64,000 nt of DNA. Source: Clostridia bacterium (GTDB lineage: Bacteria; Bacillota; Clostridia; TANB77; CAG-465). Numbering within the stretch: the first letter of the stretch is position 1; the number at the start of each line of letters is the position of its first letter. A model generated the notes under the pieces. It was given only the letters and a program-made list of their open reading frames with translations, was not told the DNA's origin and did no database searches. Positions 50,296-60,708 of the stretch are shown in pieces. Location of the stretch: the NCBI GenBank assembly GCA_017521005.1, contig JAFXEC010000011.1, forward strand, positions 16,450-80,449, in the 5' to 3' direction. The translations under genes were made by a program, and so were the position numbers.

Positions 50296-50357
50296 TATGA
50301 ACAAAAGACAGTATACCCTAAGAATTCTAGGGTATACTGTTAACTTTAAGAGGTAAT

Positions 50358-51119
50358 ATGAAGGGATTAACATCAAACAAACTAAAAATTATTGCAATAG
50401 TACTTATGATATTAGATCATATAGGGTATTATTTTGTAAGTTATATATCTAAAGAAGCTTTTGATGTATTAAGATTTTTTGGAAGAATGGCAATGCCAGT
50501 GTTTGCATTTTTAATAGTGCAAGGCTTCTTCCATACAAAAGATATCAAAATATATATGTTTAAGTTGTTTATAACTGCAACAATTTTTCAAGGATTATTA
50601 TTTGGCTTGGGGATAATAAATCATGTATATGTACCAAACTTTTATATAGTAATAAACACATATCTAAATATATTGTATTCTTTTGTACTATCTTTAATTA
50701 TGTTATGGTTAATAGATAAAAAAGATATATTAAAAAACAAATGGTTAAATTATATACTAAAGATAGTTGGTATAGCATTAATTGCTTTTGTGTACCATTT
50801 AGTAGATTTAGAATTAGGATTAAGAGTACCTGTAACAATATTAGGATTTTATATAGCAGAGAAAATAAAAAGAAGTGGTAAAACAGCTGAACTGACACAA
50901 GTGGTAATGCTAATTACGCTTGTACTAGCGTTATTTGCGGATTATGATAATCTACAATTTAACTTACCATCGATTTTATCTATATTTATTATATCGTTAT
51001 ATAACGGTGAAAGAGGTAAAAAGAACAAATGGATAAGCACAGCTTTTTATGTTTTTTATCCGCTACATCATGTGATATTATATGTTACAGCATTAACAAT
51101 AACACATATAGTGAGGTAG
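50358..51119 (+). CDS. TraX-family membrane protein
   Basis: MKGLTSNKLKIIAIVLMILDHIGYYF... is the TraX signature. Confidence 0.75.
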   Translation: MKGLTSNKLKIIAIVLMILDHIGYYFVSYISKEAFDVLRFFGRMAMPVFAFLIVQGFFHTKDIKIYMFKLFITATIFQGLLFGLGIINHVYVPNFYIVINTYLNILYSFVLSLIMLWLIDKKDILKNKWLNYILKIVGIALIAFVYHLVDLELGLRVPVTILGFYIAEKIKRSGKTAELTQVVMLITLVLALFADYDNLQFNLPSILSIFIISLYNGERGKKNKWISTAFYVFYPLHHVILYVTALTITHIVR

Positions 51120-51123
51120 GTAA

Positions 51124-51951
51124 ATGGCAAGAAAACTATTTTGCGAATTAGGTCCTTGGGCTTACAAAATATCTGTAATTAAAGAAGGCATAAGAAAAGA
51201 TATAAAGGACATAATTAAACGCAATAAATTAGCAAAAAAGAAAATTAAAGAAGATTATAAATACATATTAAAGGGTGAAATGAAACTGCTTCTTAGAAAA
51301 TTAGAAGGAGTAGATATGAGGCTTCAAGTAAACAAGATTACTAATCTAAAGCTAGCAGCAGATAAAATAAATGGTCTTGTAATAATGCCTGGAGAAACAT
51401 TTTCTTTTTGGAAACTTGTTGGGAAACCAACTAAAAAGAAAGGTTATCTTAAAGGTTTGGTTATAAAGAATAGCACATCATTTGGTGAAGATTATGGTGG
51501 TGGATTATGCCAGCTTGCAAATCTAATACATTATTTGGTATTACATACTCCGCTTGAAGTAACAGAACTTCATCACCATTCTGATGCTCTATTCCCAGAC
51601 TATAAACGTAGAGTGCCGTTTGGAACGGGAACATCAATATCATATAAGAGTGTAGATTACAGGTTTAAGAATACACTAGATTATCCAATTGAGCTAAAAA
51701 TATGGTTGGATGATACTATGCTTTATGGTGAGATTAGAGCAGATAAAGAATTAGATGTAAAATATAAATTGGTTGAAGAGGATCACCACTACGCATTAGA
51801 AAATGGTAAGTATTTTAGAAATAGTGAAATATACAGAATATGTATAGACAAGAGAACAAAAGAAGAAATAAATAAGGAATTAATATTAAAAAATCATTCG
51901 AGGGTTATGTATGATTATTCACTTATCCCAGAGGATGAAATAAGGAAGTAG
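51124..51951 (+). CDS. VanW-family protein
   Basis: ...GYLKGLVIKNSTSFGEDYGGGLCQLANLIHY... is the VanW core. Confidence 0.75.
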   Translation: MARKLFCELGPWAYKISVIKEGIRKDIKDIIKRNKLAKKKIKEDYKYILKGEMKLLLRKLEGVDMRLQVNKITNLKLAADKINGLVIMPGETFSFWKLVGKPTKKKGYLKGLVIKNSTSFGEDYGGGLCQLANLIHYLVLHTPLEVTELHHHSDALFPDYKRRVPFGTGTSISYKSVDYRFKNTLDYPIELKIWLDDTMLYGEIRADKELDVKYKLVEEDHHYALENGKYFRNSEIYRICIDKRTKEEINKELILKNHSRVMYDYSLIPEDEIRK

Positions 51952-51952
51952 A

Positions 51953-53377
51953 ATGTTATTAGAGAAAATAAGATTTAATCTAGAAAATAATAAGGACAAG
52001 CTATGTTACTTGTCTAAATCTAATCGTTATACATATAAAGATTTAGATGAAATGGTAAGAAAAATATACAAGTATATATTAGATAAAAATGTAACGGGAA
52101 GAGTTGTTTGTGTTGGGCATAAAGAAATAGAAATACTCGCTGCATTTTTAGCATGTTCTTTTGCTGGAATTACATATATTCCAATAGATGAATCAATTCC
52201 GCAAGAAAGATTAGAATATATAATAAATGATACAAAACCAATGTTGGTATTAACCAAAGATATAATAACAGATATTATTAATGAAGAATTAATAGAAGAT
52301 GTTGAGTTAAATATAAAAATAAAGGCAGAAGATGTATATTATATAATCTATACATCTGGAAGTACAGGAAAGCCAAAGGGTGTAGAAATAACATATGAAA
52401 ATCTAGAATCGTTTGTTAGCTGGTTTGTAACAGTTATCCCAAAAGAAAGTGTAAGAGTGTTAAATCAAGCATTGTTTTCTTTTGATTTATCCGTTGCAGA
52501 TATATATTTTTCCTTGTATACAGCGTCTACACTATGTATAACAGAAACTAGTTTTATGGAAAATGCAGTAGAGTTATATAACGAAATCAAATCACTTAAT
52601 GTAGATGTAACTATAATGACACCATCATATGCAAATTTGCTACTTACAGATAAGTGCTTTAACAAAGAACTTGTACCTAATCTGGATATAATGTATTTTT
52701 GTGGAGAAACATTAACTAGAAAAACAATAGATAGATTGAAAGAAAGATTTGAAGGGGTAAAAATAATAAACTCTTATGGTCCAACAGAATGTACAGTAGC
52801 TATATCTAGTGTAGATGTAACTAATATAAAAGAAAAAGTGTTACCGGTAGGTATAATTAAACCTGATGTGGAGGTACATATATTAGATGAAGATATGCAA
52901 GAAACTGCAGATGTAGGTGAAATCGTAATTGTAGGAAATAGTGTAGGCAAAGGATATTTAAATATTAATACGGATAGTTTTTTTAATTACAACGGTAAAT
53001 ACGCATACAAAACAGGGGATATAGGATATATAAAAGATGGAATGTTATATTTTGAATCTAGAAAAGATAGTCAGATAAAGTATCTTGGCCACAGAATAGA
53101 GCTTGAAGATATAACAAACAACATATTGAATGTAGATGATGTGGAAAACGTGATCACTTTTACAAAGAAAAACGAAGAAATGGTTGTTACCAAGATAATA
53201 TCTTGTGTTAAGTTAAAGCAAGAAAGCAAAGCAGGTGCTAAAGAAATAACCAAGGTATTAAGAGAAAAACTACCTAATTACATGGTGCCAAAAATAAAGA
53301 TAGTAGATGAGTTTATGCTTAATGCTAATGGGAAAATAGATAAAAAACAAATGGAGGAAATATTTAATGAAAGATAA
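51953..53377 (+). CDS. DltA-like adenylation enzyme (D-alanine--carrier protein ligase family)
   Basis: AMP-binding motif IIYTSGSTGKPKGV. About 475 aa stand-alone A-domain followed by a carrier protein. Confidence 0.7.
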   Translation: MLLEKIRFNLENNKDKLCYLSKSNRYTYKDLDEMVRKIYKYILDKNVTGRVVCVGHKEIEILAAFLACSFAGITYIPIDESIPQERLEYIINDTKPMLVLTKDIITDIINEELIEDVELNIKIKAEDVYYIIYTSGSTGKPKGVEITYENLESFVSWFVTVIPKESVRVLNQALFSFDLSVADIYFSLYTASTLCITETSFMENAVELYNEIKSLNVDVTIMTPSYANLLLTDKCFNKELVPNLDIMYFCGETLTRKTIDRLKERFEGVKIINSYGPTECTVAISSVDVTNIKEKVLPVGIIKPDVEVHILDEDMQETADVGEIVIVGNSVGKGYLNINTDSFFNYNGKYAYKTGDIGYIKDGMLYFESRKDSQIKYLGHRIELEDITNNILNVDDVENVITFTKKNEEMVVTKIISCVKLKQESKAGAKEITKVLREKLPNYMVPKIKIVDEFMLNANGKIDKKQMEEIFNER

Positions 53378-53603
53378 AATAAAAGAGATTTTATATAATG
53401 CGTGTGACGATGATAGGGTATACGAAGATGGAATAGATTTGTTAGAAGATGTAATAGATTCGATGGCCTTAATAGAATTTATATCCGCGTTAGAAGATGA
53501 ATTTGATATAGAAATATCTCCTACAGAAATACCATTAGACAATCTAAGAACGATAGATGGTATAACGGAATTTGTAGAAGGGAAGATAAGCGAAAATGAA
53601 TAA
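53367..53603 (+). CDS. DltC-like carrier protein
   Basis: 78 aa acidic. Phosphopantetheine Ser in ...DVIDSMALIEFISALE.... Confidence 0.65.
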   Translation: MKDKIKEILYNACDDDRVYEDGIDLLEDVIDSMALIEFISALEDEFDIEISPTEIPLDNLRTIDGITEFVEGKISENE

Positions 53604-55161
53604 AGAAGAAACAATGAAAATTGGAAACAAAATACTTCATATAACTACAGAGATATTTATAGCAGTAATGATAATAGTGTTTCCGTTGCTTGTAGATAGT
53701 ACGGGCTTTTTTAGAATATTAGAACTTAAATGGTATAGTCATCTTACAATAGTAAGCACATATATTTTTGCTATACTTTCGATTTTAATATATTTCTTTT
53801 TGGTGAAAAAAGTTAATTTGTTAAAAGGAAAAAAGTTTACTAAAACTAAATTCTTTATGATAGCGTTTTTAGGAATAAATGCAATATCTACATTTATATC
53901 TCCATATTTCAAAACGCATGATTTACTAATAGGATCTGGAAGAGGAGAAGGACTAATAAATATCTTGCTATATACAGTAAGCTTTTTATTTGTAAGCACA
54001 TTTCTTAAATTTGAGAAGAGGCAAATTAACTATTTTGCAATATCTGCATTAGTATTTAGTACAATATGTGTTACACAATATTTTGGTTTTAATCCATTTA
54101 ATATGTATCAAGATGGAATAGGAACACATAACGTAAGTTTTATGGGAACAATAGGTAATGTGGATTTTATATCTGCATATTATACAATAGTTTTAACAGT
54201 ATCTCTTGTAACATACTTGTTTATTTCTGAAAGCAAGTGGCAGAGCTTTCTTAATTTAACAGCTGTAACGATGGGAATATTTATATTCCAAATAATAGAT
54301 GTGCAAAGCGGGCTTGTGGCATTTATGGCAGTAGCTGCATTGCTTGCACCATATATACTTCTTTCTGGTGAAAGATTTAGCAAAGCTTTGGTTGCTTTGG
54401 CGGGCGTTGTAGTAGGATTTTTTGTAGATTTAGTTATTAATCTAAAATATGTGTATGCTACAAAAGAGCTTGTTTTTGATTTTCAATTTAATGAGTTGGC
54501 AATCGGAATGATAATATGTATAGCACTGTTATTAATATTAGCTTGGATATTAAAGAAAAAAGATTATTATTTATTGCATCAAAGAAGACGCATAATTATT
54601 ATATATGGACTTATGATTCTTGCGGTAATAGGTGCTCTGGTAGTACTATATATGAAAGATTTTAACGTAGGTATATTGCATGAAATACATGATATACTAC
54701 ACGGAAATTTCAAAGATGAATATGGAACATATAGAGTGTTTTTGTGGAAAAGAGCTATTAAGTTAGTAGAAGAAGCGCCAGTAATAGGGACAGGAAGTGA
54801 TACCTTTGCTATTAGGTTTATGAGTAAGTATACACAGGATGTAGCAGCACTTGGTAAGTTAACAATAAATGATACTGCGGCAAATGTATATTTAACAATA
54901 TTGGTAAATACAGGCGTTGTAGGATTAATAGCATATGTTTGTATAGTATCATCTGTTCTGCTTAAAATGCTAAAGACAGCATTAGTTGGAAAACTAGAAG
55001 ATAAAATAGTTCATGGAAATACATATTATTATTTAATGGCTATAGCAACATTTGCATATGCTGTACAAGACTTCTTTAATTTGTGGGTTGTTATAGTAAC
55101 ACCGATATATTTTGTTACTATGGCAATGACAGAAAATATAAAGAATAAAGATAATGTTTAA
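53596..55161 (+). CDS. O-antigen ligase (WaaL/Wzy_C)-like polytopic membrane protein
   Basis: About 12 TM. Periplasmic-loop motif ...APVIGTGSDTFAIRF... resembles the ligase G.G.G.F signature. Confidence 0.5.
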   Translation: MNKEETMKIGNKILHITTEIFIAVMIIVFPLLVDSTGFFRILELKWYSHLTIVSTYIFAILSILIYFFLVKKVNLLKGKKFTKTKFFMIAFLGINAISTFISPYFKTHDLLIGSGRGEGLINILLYTVSFLFVSTFLKFEKRQINYFAISALVFSTICVTQYFGFNPFNMYQDGIGTHNVSFMGTIGNVDFISAYYTIVLTVSLVTYLFISESKWQSFLNLTAVTMGIFIFQIIDVQSGLVAFMAVAALLAPYILLSGERFSKALVALAGVVVGFFVDLVINLKYVYATKELVFDFQFNELAIGMIICIALLLILAWILKKKDYYLLHQRRRIIIIYGLMILAVIGALVVLYMKDFNVGILHEIHDILHGNFKDEYGTYRVFLWKRAIKLVEEAPVIGTGSDTFAIRFMSKYTQDVAALGKLTINDTAANVYLTILVNTGVVGLIAYVCIVSSVLLKMLKTALVGKLEDKIVHGNTYYYLMAIATFAYAVQDFFNLWVVIVTPIYFVTMAMTENIKNKDNV

Positions 55162-55233
55162 AAGGAAAACAGCACACTTTTTAGTGCGCTGTTTTCTTTT
55201 TGTGCCTTAGATTTTAGGCGATTAGGCAAAAGG

Positions 55234-55761
55234 TTACATGGGTACCATGCCGGGCAACAAAGCATAGAATTCGTCCGAGAAGCCCGAACGGATAAAGTCT
55301 TCCTTTCGAGGAATTTCCATAAAGTATTTGGCCGGTGCTCCGTAATGTTTCTTTCCGGTGGCCGTTTTTACGGTGAGAGAACAGTATCTCCAAATGCTAT
55401 GATTTGCGCGGGGATCCGCGTCAAGAGTGTTGCTTCTGATGAAGTAAACAGGAATGTCGTGCTCGATACATTTGATAGCAAAGTTATAGCTTTGCTTGTC
55501 TAAGAATCTTCCGCTTCCCATAAGAAGAATTGCATCGCCTTCTTTAAGATTAGAAATCCGCGGAAGGTTACCGCTGGTCTTTTCCAGAATGTCTACGATT
55601 GAATCCGACATGAATTCTCTGTAGTTTCTGACTCGGTTAAAACAAGTTCTGATGAACTCGCTGTCGGAATGAGAGAGTGTGACTAGACCTTTCTCTTGCT
55701 TGAGTACGATTACCCGTTTTGCCGGTGCCCCATGAAAGTTGAGTGTTGCTTGGTTTGCCAT
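55234..55761 (-). CDS. Hypothetical protein in a GC-rich segment (176 aa)
   Basis: Rossmann-like ...AILLMGSGRF...IPVYFI.... GC far above neighbours. Terminator at 55170-55200. Confidence 0.45.
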   Translation of the reverse strand: MANQATLNFHGAPAKRVIVLKQEKGLVTLSHSDSEFIRTCFNRVRNYREFMSDSIVDILEKTSGNLPRISNLKEGDAILLMGSGRFLDKQSYNFAIKCIEHDIPVYFIRSNTLDADPRANHSIWRYCSLTVKTATGKKHYGAPAKYFMEIPRKEDFIRSGFSDEFYALLPGMVPM

Positions 55762-55979
55762 AATAAAACCTCCTAAAATTTTTAGCATGCGTACGGGCAC
55801 AACAATACCCTTAAATAACACATGCAGTTGCTATTGTGTTACTCTTTTATTTAACACTCTTATATTATAACATATATAAAAGTTTATGTCAACAAATGAG
55901 GCGCAATGCCAATATAAAGGAAGATGTGGCAAAATTGAAATAAAAAGCGAAACTTATTGTTACGCTTTTTATTAATTTA

Positions 55980-56990
55980 CTATTTGTTATTTGGTATTGT
56001 TTTTGCAATGAAATCTGTTTCTTGTTTAACAAATTCTATGAATTTATCTGATAAGTCTATATCTAGTTGAGTTCCAGCTGAACGTTTGATTTCTGCTAGA
56101 GCATCTTCTAATGTATAACCATCACGATAAACCCTTCTAGAAGTTAATGCATCAAATGTATCGCATATTGAAATCAACTTAACAAGATATGGTATTTCAT
56201 CGCCCTTTAATTTGTCTGGATAACCTTTTCCGTCAATTCTTTCGTGATGATGTCTAACCAGTGGCAATGCGTCTTTGAATGTTTCAGAAGATGCAAGTAT
56301 TGTTTCACCAATTACTGGATGAAGTTTAATGATTTCATACTCTTCATCTGTTAATTTACCGTTTTTAAGAAGTACAGCATCTGCAATCCCTATTTTTCCA
56401 ATATCATGGAAGTTTGCTGCGAGAGATAAAGTTTTCTTATCTTCATCGCTTAAATTTAGATACTCTGCAAATTTATCTGCATATATTGCAACTCTATCAC
56501 TATGTTCTTTAGTATAGTTGTCTTTGGCATCAACGGCATTCTTAAGTACTGTAGCTATTTCAACACCGAAGTTGTTAATAGTAACAGACATTTGCTTTAT
56601 TTCATTCATTTGTTCTACATATTTGTATCCACTTTCTATTAATAGAATTAGATCATCAAATCTTGCACCTTTTTCGAAGAAAGCTTGTATGTCTAATGAA
56701 CGCATAATATCTATCGAAGGAGCTAAGTCCTTGTGTGCAGACATTAATATAATATATATTTCTTTATCAAATTCACGTACGAGTTTAACTATTTCATCAC
56801 CACGTATCATTGGCATTAGATAGTTTACAACAAGTACATCATGTTTGTTTGTTTTTAATTCCTGTATAGCCGCTATTGGTTCTGTGTATTTAGAAAGACC
56901 AATTCCATAGTTTTCTAAAACAATTTCCATAGCTTGCATAAGTCCTATGTCATCATCAATTATTAGGACATTATTCTTTTTAGAGCTCAT
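55980..56990 (-). CDS. Response regulator with HD-GYP domain (c-di-GMP phosphodiesterase family)
   Basis: Receiver VLIIDDD...D54-like. HD ...HDIGKIGI... and HHERIDGKGYP. Confidence 0.85.
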   Translation of the reverse strand: MSSKKNNVLIIDDDIGLMQAMEIVLENYGIGLSKYTEPIAAIQELKTNKHDVLVVNYLMPMIRGDEIVKLVREFDKEIYIILMSAHKDLAPSIDIMRSLDIQAFFEKGARFDDLILLIESGYKYVEQMNEIKQMSVTINNFGVEIATVLKNAVDAKDNYTKEHSDRVAIYADKFAEYLNLSDEDKKTLSLAANFHDIGKIGIADAVLLKNGKLTDEEYEIIKLHPVIGETILASSETFKDALPLVRHHHERIDGKGYPDKLKGDEIPYLVKLISICDTFDALTSRRVYRDGYTLEDALAEIKRSAGTQLDIDLSDKFIEFVKQETDFIAKTIPNNK

Positions 56991-57263
56991 TTATCTCACC
57001 TCGGTATTTAGAGTATATCAAAAAGATAAAAGCATTACAAGTAATTAAGAGGTTATTTTGAATGTTCCAAGCGTAACCGTAAAGTCATTTGGAAATACTG
57101 TTATGGATTCTATGGAAAGTTTGCCGGTTAAAAGTAGCAAAATTACAAGCAATTTATTTAAGTCACAACCACCAGAGTTAGAAAAGAAATCGTTAAGTGA
57201 AGAACTATTTAAATTAGATAAAAATTCATCCATTTTACCACCTATTAAAATATATTAGAAAGC

Positions 57264-57983
57264 TTGAGTTTTTATACATCTCATAGTATAATATGGGTGT
57301 CGGAGGACCATATGGATAAACAAAAGATATTTTACTATTTTTTAACTGTAATTTTATGTGTTATTGCACTAAATTTAACGTTAAAATTAGTATTTAAAAC
57401 AGATCAAATAAACCAAGGAAAATTTAGGGTTACAGACGCGGTACTATTAAGTGAAGTGCAACTGACGGATAAAACTAGCACGGAAAAAGGTTGGTGTATA
57501 AATGTGTCGCAACGTAATCGTCTAACATTCTTAATTACTCCCATGAGTAGCGCTCAAGTAAAAAGAGTATATATAAATGATCTTAAAGTAAAAGGTGGCC
57601 AAGACATTGTTTTTTATATAAAAGATGACGAAACGAGATTAATACTAAATAGTTTTCCACAATCACTAGATGTGGAGCATGTAATAGATGATAATGGTCA
57701 AATCAAAATTGATTTAATTGCATTAAATGAGAATGTATTAAAGAATTGGGTCGTTCCAGAACATATAAAAGAAATACGTTGTGATGGTAAGATATTTCAA
57801 ACAGCGGGGGTATCTCTAAACACAATAAAATTTGATTTAATGTTCAAATTAAATATTGAAGAAGAAAACGGAAAAATTAGCACGTTGGAAGTAGATATGA
57901 CACTGCCAAACGATAGATTAGAAGAAAATGGAGTAGATGTAATTAAATTACCTACTAACCAATTTAAATTTAAGGTAAATTAA
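57264..57983 (+). CDS. Hypothetical membrane-anchored protein
   Basis: N-terminal TM. Start may be at MDKQKIFYYF (57312). Confidence 0.45.
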   Translation: MSFYTSHSIIWVSEDHMDKQKIFYYFLTVILCVIALNLTLKLVFKTDQINQGKFRVTDAVLLSEVQLTDKTSTEKGWCINVSQRNRLTFLITPMSSAQVKRVYINDLKVKGGQDIVFYIKDDETRLILNSFPQSLDVEHVIDDNGQIKIDLIALNENVLKNWVVPEHIKEIRCDGKIFQTAGVSLNTIKFDLMFKLNIEEENGKISTLEVDMTLPNDRLEENGVDVIKLPTNQFKFKVN

Positions 57984-58028
57984 TTGTTTGACTTGAAAAC
58001 AAGTAGCGATTGATGTATAATAACAAAA

Positions 58029-58125
58029 GTCGCTTAGGCAATAAGAAGTTTATGAACCTTGTCAGGTCCGGAAGGAAGCAGCAATAAGTAAATTCTCTTA
58101 TGTGCTATAAGCGATTTTTTGTATA
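58029..58125 (+). ncRNA. ffs: Signal recognition particle RNA (small 4.5S type)
   Basis: Domain IV motif GTCAGGTCCGGAAGGAAGCAGC. 5-prime and 3-prime ends pair. Promoter TTGAAA, 17 nt spacer, TGTATAAT at 57994-58022. Followed by TTTTTT. Conserved position before dnaX. Confidence 0.85.
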
Positions 58126-58149
58126 TATAAGATATAAGGGGTTGAAAAA

Positions 58150-59757
58150 ATGGCATACGTTGCATTATACAGAAGATATAGACCATTAACCTTTGAGGAT
58201 ATGGTAGGACAAGAGCATGTAACAAAGATACTTAAGAATCAATTAAAAACTGGCAAAGTGTCTCATGCATATATATTTAGCGGAACAAGAGGAACAGGTA
58301 AAACAACAGCGGCCAAGGTTTTTGCAAGAGCTATTAACTGTTTGAATCCTAGGGATGGAGAACCATGTAATGAATGTGAAGCGTGTAAGAGCATATTAGA
58401 TGGAACTACACCGGATGTAATAGAAATGGATGCCGCATCAAATAATGGCGTAGATAATATTCGTACAATAAGACAAGAGGTTGCGTATTCCACAACCGGT
58501 CTAAAGTATAAAGTGTATATAATAGACGAGGTGCACATGTTATCTGGAGGAGCGTTTAATGCCCTACTTAAAACATTAGAAGAACCACCAGCAAATGTTG
58601 TATTCATATTAGCCACAACAGAAGAGCATAAGATATTACCAACAATATTATCTAGATGTGTACGCTTTGAGTTTAGAAAAATTGGAAGAGAAGAGATAAC
58701 ATCAAGATTAAAGTATGTTTTAGATTCGCTAAATGTAGGGTATGAGCAATCAGCATTAGAACGCATTGCGTTTTTAGCAGATGGTGGAATGAGAGATGCA
58801 TTAAGTATTCTTGAAAGATGCGTTAATGCATCAAGCGGAGATGTAACGCTAGATAAAGTTGAAGAGATAGTTGGAACTGTCCCATCAGAAATAATAGAAG
58901 CATTAGTAATTAATCTTTTAGGATACGACATAGTTTCAGCAAACAAAAGTGTAAATAAAATATTAGAAAAAGGAAAAAGCTTACGAAACATAAACGCGGC
59001 TGTAATTGAAGAGTTCTTAAATATATTAATTGGACTTTCTGGTGACTGGGATGAAACTATATCAGAAAACGTTAAAACAGCAGCAGAGGGTGTAAGTGTA
59101 GCTAGAATAAATCAAATAATAAAACATTTATCTAAATTAGATGAAGATCTTCGTCAATCAACAAATGCTAATTCTTTATTTAAGGCAAAAATGTTAGAAT
59201 TAGCAACTAAAGTTCCGGTTCTAGATGAAAACATGCTTTTAAATAAAATACAAGAACTAGAAATGAAGCTTGAAGAAGTTCTAAGAAATCCACCAGCGCC
59301 TACTAAGGTTACTAGCAAACAAGAAGAAAAAGCTGAAGATAAAAAGGAAGTAGAAGTTAAACAAGAAAACGCTGTGGACAACGTGGAAAAACAAGTTAAA
59401 AAAGAAGAAAAAAGTGTAAAACTTGCCGAGGTTAAAGCGGGCAAGAAACAACTTAAAGAATTATCTAAAATAATGCAAAGAGCGTCAGATGAAGATAATT
59501 TAAAAGTATTCTCTGCTCTAGCAGGAACAGAAGCTTTTATAGAAGATGATACAGTTACATTCTCAACTAAAAATGGTTTTGCTTACGGAGTGTTAAATAA
59601 AGATGCTTCTAAAGACTACTTGAAAACTTTAGTTGAAGATGAAATAGAAAGAGATGTAAATATTCGCATAGAATATATTACAGAGGAGTCAAAGGATGAG
59701 AAGTCTTTTGAGCAAATGATGCAAGGTACAGATGTACCATTTCAAGTTATAGATTAG
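58150..59757 (+). CDS. dnaX: DNA polymerase III subunits gamma/tau
   Basis: ...[15 protein letters not shown]... AAA+ clamp-loader motifs. Confidence 0.93.
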   Translation: MAYVALYRRYRPLTFEDMVGQEHVTKILKNQLKTGKVSHAYIFSGTRGTGKTTAAKVFARAINCLNPRDGEPCNECEACKSILDGTTPDVIEMDAASNNGVDNIRTIRQEVAYSTTGLKYKVYIIDEVHMLSGGAFNALLKTLEEPPANVVFILATTEEHKILPTILSRCVRFEFRKIGREEITSRLKYVLDSLNVGYEQSALERIAFLADGGMRDALSILERCVNASSGDVTLDKVEEIVGTVPSEIIEALVINLLGYDIVSANKSVNKILEKGKSLRNINAAVIEEFLNILIGLSGDWDETISENVKTAAEGVSVARINQIIKHLSKLDEDLRQSTNANSLFKAKMLELATKVPVLDENMLLNKIQELEMKLEEVLRNPPAPTKVTSKQEEKAEDKKEVEVKQENAVDNVEKQVKKEEKSVKLAEVKAGKKQLKELSKIMQRASDEDNLKVFSALAGTEAFIEDDTVTFSTKNGFAYGVLNKDASKDYLKTLVEDEIERDVNIRIEYITEESKDEKSFEQMMQGTDVPFQVID

Positions 59758-59770
59758 GAGGAAATATATT

Positions 59771-60103
59771 ATGGCAAGATTTGGAGGATTCCCAGGCGGA
59801 GGAATGGGAAACATGCAACAAATAATGAAGCAAGCACAAAAAATGCAAGCAGATTTACAAAAGAAACAAGAGGAAGCTGCAAACACTGAGTTTGAAGTAT
59901 CTGCAGGTGGCGGAGCAGTTGTAGTTAAAGCAACTGGTGCTAAAGAAATAAAAGAAATACTTATTAAAAAAGAAGTAGTAGATCCAGATGATGTAGAAAT
60001 GCTACAAGATTTAGTGTTAACAGCAGTAAACGAAGCTTTAAGAAAAGCAGACGATATGATGCAAGAAGGATTAGAAGGATTTAATATCCCTGGTTTAATG
60101 TGA
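59771..60103 (+). CDS. ybaB: Nucleoid-associated protein YbaB/EbfC
   Basis: ...[20 protein letters not shown]... is the YbaB signature. Confidence 0.9.
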   Translation: MARFGGFPGGGMGNMQQIMKQAQKMQADLQKKQEEAANTEFEVSAGGGAVVVKATGAKEIKEILIKKEVVDPDDVEMLQDLVLTAVNEALRKADDMMQEGLEGFNIPGLM

Positions 60104-60110
60104 GGCACAA

Positions 60111-60707
60111 ATGTATTCAGAATCAGTAAAAAAACTAATAGGAGAATTTGAAAAGCTTCCTGGAATAGGACATAAATCCGCAGTACGTTTAGCATTCTAT
60201 ATATTAGAATCAGACGAAACTGCTGCGAAGAATATGGCAGATGCTCTTTTAGAAGCAAAACAAAAAGTAAAGTTTTGTACTAAATGCTTTAACTTAGCAG
60301 AGTCAGAGCTTTGTGAAATATGTTCTAATAATAAAAGAGATGAAAGTACAATTTGTGTAGTGGAAAATGTAAAAGACGTTGCTGCGATGGAAAAGACACA
60401 CGAGTTTAAGGGATTATACCATGTACTTCATGGAGCAATATCTCCGATGAACAATATATCTGCAAACGATATAAAAATAAAAGAATTAGTATCTAGACTA
60501 TCAGACGATAGAATAAAAGAAGTAATACTTGCAACTAATCCAACAATAGAAGGAGAAGCAACAGCAATGTATATTTCTAGAATCATAAAAACAATACCAG
60601 GAGTAAAAGTTTCAAGAATTGCTCACGGTATACCAGTTGGCGGAGATCTAGAATATACAGATGAGATTACTTTAATAAAGGCAATGGAAAATAGAAGGGA
60701 AATGTAA
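60111..60707 (+). CDS. recR: Recombination protein RecR
   Basis: C4 zinc finger CTKCFNL...CEIC and Toprim domain. Confidence 0.93.
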   Translation: MYSESVKKLIGEFEKLPGIGHKSAVRLAFYILESDETAAKNMADALLEAKQKVKFCTKCFNLAESELCEICSNNKRDESTICVVENVKDVAAMEKTHEFKGLYHVLHGAISPMNNISANDIKIKELVSRLSDDRIKEVILATNPTIEGEATAMYISRIIKTIPGVKVSRIAHGIPVGGDLEYTDEITLIKAMENRREM

Positions 60708-60708
60708 T

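Noticed and set aside
57058-57258. Short ORFs on both strands between the HD-GYP regulator and the 57264 gene
   Set aside because: No RBS. They lie in promoter or leader DNA and probably occur by chance.
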